NCBI GenBank assembly: GCA_958296345.1
Contig: CATQIJ010000005.1
Span: forward strand, 72 to 64,071
Source of the DNA: an uncultured Rhizobiaceae bacterium
GTDB taxonomy: Bacteria > Pseudomonadota > Alphaproteobacteria > Rhizobiales > Rhizobiaceae
DNA: 64,000 bases
Direction of reading: 5' to 3'
Numbering within the stretch: position 1 is the first letter of the stretch; every line of letters starts with the position of its first letter. The notes under the pieces are model-generated. The model was not told where the DNA came from. It did not search any database and worked only from the letters and a program-made list of their open reading frames with translations. Shown one piece after another: positions 54,473 through 64,000 of the stretch. The translations under genes were made by a program, and so were the position numbers.

Positions 54473-55745
54473 TTGGAGCAACCCAAAAACTCCCAACTGG
54501 GTAGCGCACGCGCTTGGTTTATTTGGTTTTTTGCTGCCATGTCTTTTGGGTATGCATTTTTTCACCGTGTAGCGCCGAGCGTTATGGTCTCCGATCTAAT
54601 GGCAGAATTTGCTATTAGCGGTGCTGTATTGGGCACACTTTCAGCACTTTATTTCTATCCCTATGTTCTAATGCAAGTACCACTCGGTGCATTAATTGAT
54701 CGTCTAGGTGTTCGCACATTACTATCAACAGCACTTTTAATAGGCGGCATCGGCTCAGTTCTATTTGCTGTAGCGCAATCAATTGAAATGGCATATCTAG
54801 GCCGCATATTAATAGGCATTGGTTCTGCTGTTGGTTTTTTAAGCTCACTAGCCTTAGCAGGGAAATGGTTTCCACCTCATCGTTTTGCTTTTTTAGCGGG
54901 TCTTGTCATGTTTTTTGGTATGATCAGCGGTATTGCTGCTTCTGGTCCTCTAGCTATATTCGTAGAAAACTACGGATGGCGCACAGCAATGTGGAGCCTT
55001 GGTGGGTTTAGTATTCTTCTAGCCCTTTTAGTTTTCATCTTCGTTCGTAATGCCCCAGAAGAAACCAAAAAAGAAGAAAAGCCCAAAGAAACATGGAGCG
55101 CCATGTGGAAAGGCTTGAAACAAGCAACTTCAACCGTTGAAGTTTGGAAAATAGCGATTGTTGCTTCTACTATGTCAGGTCCTATGCTCACACTGGGCGG
55201 ACTATGGGGAACGCCTTATCTTATTTCTGCATACGGGCTTGATAAAACAGATGCTGCCTTCTTAGTTTCTTTTCTACTCTTGGGTTGGGCGATTGGAGCT
55301 CCCTTTGCCGGTTGGCTCTCAGACCGAATTAAGCAACGCAAAAACATTATATTAGCAGGTTCATTTTTAGTAACCTGTAGTGTGGGAGCAATCGCATTTC
55401 TTCCGCTACCACCCTTATGGATAACTATTTGCTTGATGGTGTTGGTGGGCATGTGTGGAGCTGCAATGACGGTTACATTTGCACTTGTGCGCGAAGTCAC
55501 ACCTTCTAATATTAGCAGTTCAGTAACAGGAATAGTAAACTCTCTAACCGTAGCTTCTGGCGCAATATTACAACCTGCCGTGGGGTACGCCTTAGACCAG
55601 CTTTGGATGGCAAAATTATCAATGGCGCGCGAGACTATAGCGTTGATAATTATCAACAGGATTTGTTCTTATTTTTACAACCTGCCTATTAGGTCTAATA
55701 ATTAGTATCACCATAAAAGACAGCCCTTTTACAAATAACGCTTAA
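54473..55745 (+). pseudogene. MFS transporter (two 1-nt deletions near the 3' end)
   Basis: 12-TM-like ORF (ORF track 54443..55705). The last helix GFVLIFTTCLLGLIISITI and the stop at 55743-55745 are recovered after adding one G at 55605-55606 and one at 55659-55660. The start is uncertain; TTG at 54473 lies just after the fghA stop. Confidence 0.7.
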
Positions 55746-55894
55746 TCAAATAGCATTCACAACAAAGCGTTCTATGTTTTATTGAATTTACGCATGAGTT
55801 CACTGCACCTCTGTAATGTATTTCAAAAACCGTTTTCACACTTGAATAAAAAATAAAACCAGTGAAAACTATCTGCATCTTGGAGGAGAAAATC

Positions 55895-57573
55895 ATGACA
55901 GTTAAAAAGCCAACAAATTCTGAAGAAAAAAATCTGGCTTAAATCATATCCACCCGAAATTGCTCATGAAATCCCCGATCTTGCATATAATTCAGTTGCA
56001 AATCTGATTGAAGACTCTTGTAAAAAATACGCTAGCCGAGATGCCTTTACATGTATGGGTAAGTCAATAAGTTATGCAGAGATTGATAAGATATCAAAAA
56101 ACTATTGCTGGTTGGCTTCAATCAAGGCTTACAAAAAGGTGATCGTGTTGCGATCATGATGCCTAATATTCTTCAATATACAGTTATACTCCCAGCTATT
56201 CTCCGTGCTGGCTATGTAGTTGTAAATGTAAATCCGCTTTACACCCCAAGAGAACTTGAGCACCAGCTGAAAGACAGTGGCGCAAAAGCATCTTCGTCCT
56301 TGAAAACTTTGCAACAACCTTTGAACAAGTGCGCACGAAAGTCGAAGTTGAGCACGTAGTTGTAACCAGCATGGGTGACATGCTCGGTGGATTAAAAGGC
56401 ATGATTGTTAATTTTGTAGTTCGCAAAGTTAAAAAGATGGTGCTAAGCTTTAACCTGCCAGGTCATGAGTGTTTCAAGTCTGTGATTAGCAGCAATCATA
56501 CATTTTCATCTACCAAACTAGGACACGATGATGTTGCATTCCTACAATATACTGGGGGAACGACTGGTGTTTCCAAGGGTGCGACCCTTAGCAATGCAAA
56601 CGTACTTTCCAATGCCGCACAAAACGAAGAATGGTTAAATGTCGTCGACGTTCCTGATAATCCAACTTATATTTGCGCACTGCCACTTTATCATATCTTT
56701 GCTCTTACTGTGAATTTAATCATGGGCATGAGGCTTGGGGCACATAATGTTCTGATACCAAACCCAAGAGACATTCCAGGGTTTGTAAAAGAACTTGGTA
56801 AATATGAGTATAATGTTTTTCCAGGTCTTAATACACTTTTCAATGCGCTCTTAAATAATGAAGATTTCCAAAATCATAACTTCAATGCATTAAAGCTAAC
56901 CCTTGGCGGTGGCATGGCTGTTCAACAGCCCGTCGCTGAACGTTGGCAAAAGCTTACGGGCTGCAACATATCAGAAGGTTATGGTCTTTCTGAAACTTCG
57001 CCCGTGGCGACTGCAAATCGCTTTGATTCAGATAAGTTCTCTGGCACCATCGGTCTGCCCCTACCTTCAACTGAAATATCTATCAGAGATGACAACAGCA
57101 AACCCGTAAAACTTGGGGAAGTTGGAGAGATATGCATTCGAGGCCCACAGGTCATGTTCGGTTATTGGAACAGGCCTGAAGCTACGGCAGACACCATGAC
57201 TAAAGATGGTTATTTCAAATCTGGTGACATGGGCTTTATGAACAAACAAGGCCAAACTAAAATTGTTGACCGTAAAAAAGATATGATCCTTGTTTCAGGC
57301 TTCAATGTTTACCCTAATGAAATTGAAGAAGTCGCTGTTGGTCATGAGCACATCTTAGAAGCTGCAGCGGTCGGTATTCCAGACGATCACTCTGGCGAAG
57401 TGGTAAAATTATTTGTCGTAAAAACAGACCCTTCTATGACAGAAAAGGATGTTAAAAATTGGTGCAAAAAAGGTCTGACAAACTACAAGCGTCCTGCGCA
57501 TGTTGAGTTTCGTGATGAGTTACCTAAAACCAATGTGGGTAAAATTTTAAGACGCGAACTCCGCGATACTTAA
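55895..57573 (+). pseudogene. fadD: long-chain-fatty-acid--CoA ligase (three 1-nt indels in the first 400 nt)
   Basis: MTVKKPTNSEEK / IWLKSYPPEIAHEIP.. / ..[34 protein letters not shown].. / ..YTGGTTGVSKGA (AMP-binding motif)..GEICIRGPQVM..GKILRRELR. Indels at the A-run 55926-55932, the A-run 56096-56101, and 56290. Confidence 0.85.
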
Positions 57574-57580
57574 TTTCCTA

Positions 57581-57989
57581 TTACAGTTTTTCTAGCTCAC
57601 GTTGCTCATCCACCCATTGAGGGTCGATGGGCAATTTTTTGTTACTTTGTCTTCGCTAGAAATCACGCGCCAAAAAGGCGCTATTTCGTTTTGTGATTTA
57701 CCATTGTCTAACTCTTCCAATGATGCCTCTCCCACCATTCGAACAAAAATGGAAGTAGATATGGCACATGTGTCATCACAATTATTTTTCTTGGCAAGTT
57801 CGTTACGAAGCTCTTTCACTGTCATAGTTGAGCCATGAGGTATCTCGCGAATAAAATTATCAACAATAAGAGGTGTCGCAACATACATAAGTTCACCAGC
57901 TTTAATTCCAGCAAATTTTTATCCATTCGGATCTTTTTGGGATGCTTTTCTCGATTTAGTTTTTCAACTGCGGTTGGTTTGGCGGGCAT
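57581..57989 (-). pseudogene. small hypothetical protein, possibly MGMT/ATL-like DNA-binding fold without the active-site Cys (two homopolymer frameshifts)
   Basis: MPAKPTAVEKLNREKHPKK.. joins ORF 57592..57888 at T-run 57916-57920. The C-terminus reads ..KKLPIDPQWVDEQRELEKL-stop after correcting T-run 57635-57640. PFWRVI sits where MGMT proteins have PCHRV. The family assignment is tentative. Confidence 0.35.
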
Positions 57990-58074
57990 AATGAGTTTCC
58001 TTGATTAGGTAACTCTGCTCTATCGATAAGAACTCTCATTATAATAAACGAGTATTTGTAAATTTTCAAAACAC

Positions 58075-58104
58075 AAAAAAAGCCAGATAAAATATCTGGC
58101 TTTT
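58075..58104. terminator. bidirectional rho-independent terminator ending the atp operon
   Basis: AGCCAGATA-AAA-TATCTGGCT, flanked by an A-run (58075-58080) and TTTT (58101-58104). Confidence 0.65.
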
Positions 58105-58126
58105 AAAACATAAAAAATAGAAATAA

Positions 58127-58540
58127 TTAGTGGGCCGTCGCCATTTCAACCGCAGACTTACTGTCTTCTAATTGAGCAAGCACAGCTTCAGCTTTTGATT
58201 TCTTATCACCATCACTTGCGGCAACATCATCACGGGCAGCTTTGATAGCTTCATCAAGCTCTTCCATATTAAAATCTTCAAGCATTGTTGCTTGTTCAGC
58301 TAATAAAGTGAACCCCGCAGGAGATACATCAGCAAAACCACCACGTACAAAAATACGCTTGGCTTCGCCATCGCTCATTTTTACGTCTACAATACCAGGC
58401 TTAATAGTCGTCATAAAAGGTGAGTGATTTGCGAGCACAGTAAAGTATCCCTCACTACCTGGCACAACAACTTCAGACGCTTCACCACCAAGCACAAGTG
58501 CTTCCGGAGATACAAGTTCAAATGAAAATGCTTCAGACAT
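58127..58540 (-). CDS. atpC: F0F1 ATP synthase subunit epsilon
   Basis: 137 aa. The start FELVSPE.. and overall sequence are colinear with AtpC, and it lies last in the operon. Confidence 0.9.
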   Translation of the reverse strand: MSEAFSFELVSPEALVLGGEASEVVVPGSEGYFTVLANHSPFMTTIKPGIVDVKMSDGEAKRIFVRGGFADVSPAGFTLLAEQATMLEDFNMEELDEAIKAARDDVAASDGDKKSKAEAVLAQLEDSKSAVEMATAH

Positions 58541-58652
58541 TTCTACATTCCTGTCGGGGATAAATCCCCTCTTCGCCTCTTGGGATATCTCCCTTTAGGC
58601 TATCAATAAAACTAAAGCGCCCCACAATTTTATCATGCGGGGCGATAATTAT

Positions 58653-60209
<1,557 letters not shown>

Positions 60210-60223
60210 TTACTCTCCAGCTT

Positions 60224-61105
60224 TTAAAGCGCTTCTGCGCCCGAAATAATTTCAATAAGTTCTTTAGTAATTTGCGCCTGACGCTGGCGGTTAAAGCTCA
60301 ACGTCAATTTGTCGATCATCTCACCAGCATTACGCGTTGCATTATCCATTGCAGACATACGAGCACCTTGCTCAGACGCAGCATTTTCTAATATTGCGCG
60401 AAAAACCTGAACTGAGATATTGCGCGGCAATAAATCTTCCAGAATTTCTTCTTCGCTAGGTTCGTATTCGTAATGTACATCTTCAGCTTCTACATCATCT
60501 TCAACAACTGGAACAGTTGCAGGAATCAGCTGCTGAGCAGTAGGAATTTGGCTGATTACAGACTGGAACTCTGAATAAAACAAAGTTGCCACGTCATACT
60601 CGCCATCATCAAACATCGACAGTACTTGACTTGAAACCTGAGATGCCTGAGCAAAACCGACGTTTTTGATTTCACGAAACGTAACAACATCCAAAAGAAT
60701 GCCGCTAAATTCCATTTTCAAAGCATCATAACCTTTTTTGCCTACGCAAAGCATTTTAACTGTTTTGCCCTCAGCCATAAGTTTGCGCGCTTTATCACGA
60801 GCAAGCCTAGCAATGGATGAGTTAAAACCACCACAAAGACCACGTTCAGCAGTAGCAACAACCAGCAAATGTGTTTGATCGCTACCCGTACCAGCCATAA
60901 GCTTTGGTGCATTTTCGCTACCTTCCATACCCGCAGAGATATTAGCCATAACTTTGGCCATACGCTCTGAATATGGTCGAGCAGCTTCCGCAGCCATTTG
61001 CGCTTTACGCAATTTAGCTGCAGCCACCATTTGCATCGCCTTGGTGATTTTCTGTGTCGCTTTCACCGATGCGATGCGATTTCTGAGTTCCTTGAGACTA
61101 GCCAT
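60224..61105 (-). CDS. atpG: F0F1 ATP synthase subunit gamma
   Basis: 293 aa with [33 protein letters not shown] and C-terminal [18 protein letters not shown]. Confidence 0.92.
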   Translation of the reverse strand: MASLKELRNRIASVKATQKITKAMQMVAAAKLRKAQMAAEAARPYSERMAKVMANISAGMEGSENAPKLMAGTGSDQTHLLVVATAERGLCGGFNSSIARLARDKARKLMAEGKTVKMLCVGKKGYDALKMEFSGILLDVVTFREIKNVGFAQASQVSSQVLSMFDDGEYDVATLFYSEFQSVISQIPTAQQLIPATVPVVEDDVEAEDVHYEYEPSEEEILEDLLPRNISVQVFRAILENAASEQGARMSAMDNATRNAGEMIDKLTLSFNRQRQAQITKELIEIISGAEAL

Positions 61106-61147
61106 TTTTGCTTTCCGTCAAGTGTTCCGTTCTAAGCTCTAGTGTCT

Positions 61148-62677
61148 TTAAGCGAAAGTCTTGGCAAACGCATCAAGCGCTACTTTCAACTGTGCTGTAA
61201 GATCATCATCAAGCGCCTTCTTTTCACCAATGGTATCGAGCAGTTCTTTATGATCTGCACGAAGATTAGCAAGAAGACCTTGTTCGAATGGGCCAACTTG
61301 GCGCACTTCAAGATCATCAAGATAACCGTTTACACCAGCGTAAATCACCGCAACTTGCTCTTCCGTTTTAAGCGGGGAGAACTGAGGTTGCTTGAGAAGC
61401 TCTGTCAAACGAGCACCACGGTTAAGCAGACGCTGAGTAGAAGCATCAAGATCTGAGCCGAACTGCGCAAACGCAGCCATTTCACGGTACTGAGCAAGCT
61501 CACCTTTAATAGAACCAGCTACTTGCTTCATCGCTTTAACCTGAGCTGCAGAACCCACACGAGATACTGACAGACCCACGTTCACAGCAGGGCGAATACC
61601 TTGGAAGAACAAGTCTGTTTCAAGGAAAATCTGACCATCTGTAATCGAAATCACGTTAGTCGGAATAAACGCTGACACGTCATTACCTTGAGTTTCAATA
61701 ACAGGCAAAGCTGTTAGAGAACCAGAACCATTATCTTCATTCAACTTAGCTGAACGCTCAAGTAGACGAGAGTGAAGGTAGAATACGTCACCAGGGTAAG
61801 CTTCACGGCCCGGAGGACGACGAAGAAGAAGTGACATTTGGCGATAAGAAACAGCTTGTTTTGAAAGGTCATCATAACCGATCAAAGCGTGCATTCCATT
61901 ATCGCGGAAGTATTCACCCATTGCAGTCGCAGCAAATGGTGCCAAAAACTGCATAGGAGCAGGGTCAGAAGCCGTTGCAGCAACAACGATAGAATATTCC
62001 ATCGCGCCGCGCTCTTCTAGAATTTTCACAAACTGAGCAACAGTTGAGCGTTTTTGACCAACAGCCACATAAACACAGTAAAGTTTGTCATCTTCCTTGC
62101 CTGCATCATGCGCAGGTTTTTGGTTAAGGAATGTATCCAAGATGATAGCTGTTTTACCTGTTTGGCGGTCACCAATAACAAGCTCACGCTGGCCACGACC
62201 CACTGGAATAAGAGCGTCAATCGCTTTTAGACCTGTAGACATTGGCTCATGAACCGATTTACGAGGAATAATACCAGGAGCTTTAACATCAACACGAGCA
62301 CGTTGCTTTGCTTTGATTGGGCCCTTGCCATCAATCGGGTTACCCAACGCATCAACTACACGGCCAAGCATCTCTTTACCAATTGGTACGTCAACGATTG
62401 AACCAGTACGTTTTACGGTGTCACCTTCTTTAATGCCACGGTCATCACCGAAAAGCACAACACCGACGTTGTCAGCTTCAAGGTTTAGAGCCATACCCGC
62501 AATACCTCCTGGGAACTCCACAAGCTCACCAGCCTGTACGTTGTCCAGACCGTAAACACGAGCAATACCGTCACCGACGGAAAGCACTTGTCCTACTTCT
62601 GAAACTTCAGCTTCTTTACCGAAGTTTTTAATTTGATCTTTTAAAATTGCGGAAACTTCCGCTGCACGAATATCCAT
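61148..62677 (-). CDS. atpA: F0F1 ATP synthase subunit alpha
   Basis: The start [16 protein letters not shown] at 62677 lies one nt after the atpH TAA. Walker A GDRQTGKT. Confidence 0.95.
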   Translation of the reverse strand: MDIRAAEVSAILKDQIKNFGKEAEVSEVGQVLSVGDGIARVYGLDNVQAGELVEFPGGIAGMALNLEADNVGVVLFGDDRGIKEGDTVKRTGSIVDVPIGKEMLGRVVDALGNPIDGKGPIKAKQRARVDVKAPGIIPRKSVHEPMSTGLKAIDALIPVGRGQRELVIGDRQTGKTAIILDTFLNQKPAHDAGKEDDKLYCVYVAVGQKRSTVAQFVKILEERGAMEYSIVVAATASDPAPMQFLAPFAATAMGEYFRDNGMHALIGYDDLSKQAVSYRQMSLLLRRPPGREAYPGDVFYLHSRLLERSAKLNEDNGSGSLTALPVIETQGNDVSAFIPTNVISITDGQIFLETDLFFQGIRPAVNVGLSVSRVGSAAQVKAMKQVAGSIKGELAQYREMAAFAQFGSDLDASTQRLLNRGARLTELLKQPQFSPLKTEEQVAVIYAGVNGYLDDLEVRQVGPFEQGLLANLRADHKELLDTIGEKKALDDDLTAQLKVALDAFAKTFA

Positions 62678-62678
62678 A

Positions 62679-63239
62679 TTAGCCGACCTCTTTGAGCGCA
62701 AGCTTTAGTGACGAAAGACGAGTTTTCAGAGATGTATCAATCTGCTTAGACCCAACTTTCACGATCATTCCGCCGAGTATCGACGGATCCACGGTTACAT
62801 TTAACGTAACCTCTTTGCCAACAACACCTTTCAGCGTCGCTTTCAATTCTTTTGTTTGTTCAGCTGAAAGCTTTTGAGCCACAGTAACGTCGGCGGTTAC
62901 TTCACCGCGATGTTCTGCTCCAAGCTTGCGGAATGCTGGAAGCATATCCTGCATCGCGAACAAACGTCTGTTTTGAGCAACAACACGAATGAAGTTACCA
63001 ACCAGACCTGTAATTTTTGCTTTCGTCAAAACCGCATCAATTGCGTTTGACTGATCATCTGCTGAGAAAACAGGGGAAACAACAAGGCGCTTTAATGCAT
63101 CGCTTCCTTTAAGGAGCGCATCAAAACGACCGAGATCTTTTTCCACAGCAGGAATTTTTTTCTCAGCAATAGCCAACTCGAATAACGCTGAAGCGTATCG
63201 AGATGTCACACCGGAAATCATCATTTCAGAACTTGCCAC
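62679..63239 (-). CDS. atpH: F0F1 ATP synthase subunit delta (OSCP)
   Basis: 186 aa with [11 protein letters not shown].. and C-terminal [16 protein letters not shown]. It is first in the atpHAGDC block. Confidence 0.85.
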   Translation of the reverse strand: MASSEMMISGVTSRYASALFELAIAEKKIPAVEKDLGRFDALLKGSDALKRLVVSPVFSADDQSNAIDAVLTKAKITGLVGNFIRVVAQNRRLFAMQDMLPAFRKLGAEHRGEVTADVTVAQKLSAEQTKELKATLKGVVGKEVTLNVTVDPSILGGMIVKVGSKQIDTSLKTRLSSLKLALKEVG

Positions 63240-63272
63240 TGATATATCTTTTTCTGCCGTGTTTAAATTAAT

Positions 63273-63475
63273 CTAATCCATTTCCAAGTCATTGAAAAAT
63301 ATGGATTAGCCAATTCAAACAAATTATAAATTCAAAATTTTATAGATTTGCTACAAATAAATTTACAGCAATTCCGAGCTTCACCTAGCATAGCCTTTTT
63401 TGAGTCGCAACAAGGGTTTGTGAAATAGTTTGGAATCAGTTGTCGCACATGGCAAAATCTATACGAATGGATTAG
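63273..63475. repeat. three copies of a 9-mer (ATGGATTAG / CTAATCCAT) upstream of atpH
   Basis: CTAATCCAT at 63273-63281, ATGGATTAG at 63301-63309 (these two form a 9-bp stem with a 19-nt loop), and ATGGATTAG again at 63467-63475. Confidence 0.35.
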
Positions 63476-63484
63476 AAAAAATCG

Positions 63485-63964
63485 CTAAATTAGCCCAAAT
63501 ATCATCGCCAAGAGCAAACTACCGATACCAAATTCAAAAATTAAAGCTGCAAAATTGTACAAAGTAGCGCCGCGATCTACAATAATTGACACAAACCGCC
63601 CTACCCCAATCAATAACCAGGAACCACCCATTATAATTGCCGCAAATTGTTTCGCTATAAACGGGTCAGCAAAAAATAGGCAGGCAAAGCCTAGTGAAAA
63701 ATAAAACCCAGCAAGCAAACCGCGCGTTTCACCCTTGCCATAAGGTTTTTCAGCACTTGCTTCTAACTTCAATATTTTCAATGCAAGCGTTGGCATTAAT
63801 AAATTTATAAGCCCTAATACGAATGTGAGAATGGCTACTAAGAAAATTACCCATTCAACTGGTGACCCACTTAGTAAAACTAAATTAAAATTAACAAGCT
63901 CTGCATTCCAATATGAGAGCACTCCCATCAACAGGACAAAAACCAATTTCAAATAGACAGCCAA
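63485..63964 (-). CDS. small integral membrane protein, function unknown
   Basis: 159 aa with about 4-5 hydrophobic helices and a TTG start near the window edge. The start is uncertain. Confidence 0.45.
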   Translation of the reverse strand: MAVYLKLVFVLLMGVLSYWNAELVNFNLVLLSGSPVEWVIFLVAILTFVLGLINLLMPTLALKILKLEASAEKPYGKGETRGLLAGFYFSLGFACLFFADPFIAKQFAAIIMGGSWLLIGVGRFVSIIVDRGATLYNFAALIFEFGIGSLLLAMIFGLI

Positions 63965-64000
63965 ATCACGGCCGCCGTCTAATACTATCTGGGCAAATAT

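Overview
Chromosomal, mostly core-genome segment of an alphaproteobacterium. The families and gene order look Hyphomicrobiales/Rhizobiales-like: the block rplU-rpmA-GNAT-obg-proB-proA-nadD-rsfS-rlmH-envC-ctpA-yibQ-rppH, a BA14K-family protein, and atpHAGDC with a Lys/Ala-rich AtpD N-terminus. I found no rRNA, tRNA, CRISPR array, transposase, integrase or prophage genes. Main blocks: (1) ispG, ggt, rpmF, mtgA and a polyprenyl synthase at 0-7 kb. (2) A LysR-controlled valine catabolism cluster (mmsA, acyl-CoA dehydrogenase, hydroxyisobutyryl-CoA hydrolase, mmsB, crotonase) fused to propionyl-CoA carboxylase and methylmalonyl-CoA mutase at 7.5-23 kb. It is interrupted by a secreted TPR protein, an AT-rich islet with a secreted PDZ protein, and a solitary Y-family polymerase. 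(3) The conserved cell-envelope/ribosome block at 24.9-37.3 kb. (4) The most interesting part, a methylated-amine/C1 island at 39.3-57.6 kb. It holds two intact non-pyrrolysine MttB-family methyltransferases, a dimethylglycine-dehydrogenase-type demethylase, CoA-transferase, amidase and LysE genes, glutathione-dependent formaldehyde oxidation genes (adhC, fghA) split by three small genes, an MFS transporter and fadD. No corrinoid partner protein is present anywhere in the window. (5) The F1 ATP synthase operon at 58-63 kb. A strong technical signal runs through the window. About 25-30 single-base indels, mostly in short homopolymers and often pairwise compensating, break about 12 genes, including the normally essential ispG. 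They fall in four patches, so most apparent pseudogenes are probably consensus errors rather than decay. Two cases, an in-frame TGA in an SLC13 permease and an adenine deaminase with altered metal ligands, are not explained by homopolymer errors. All calls rest on reading the translations and sequence by eye; no database search was run.
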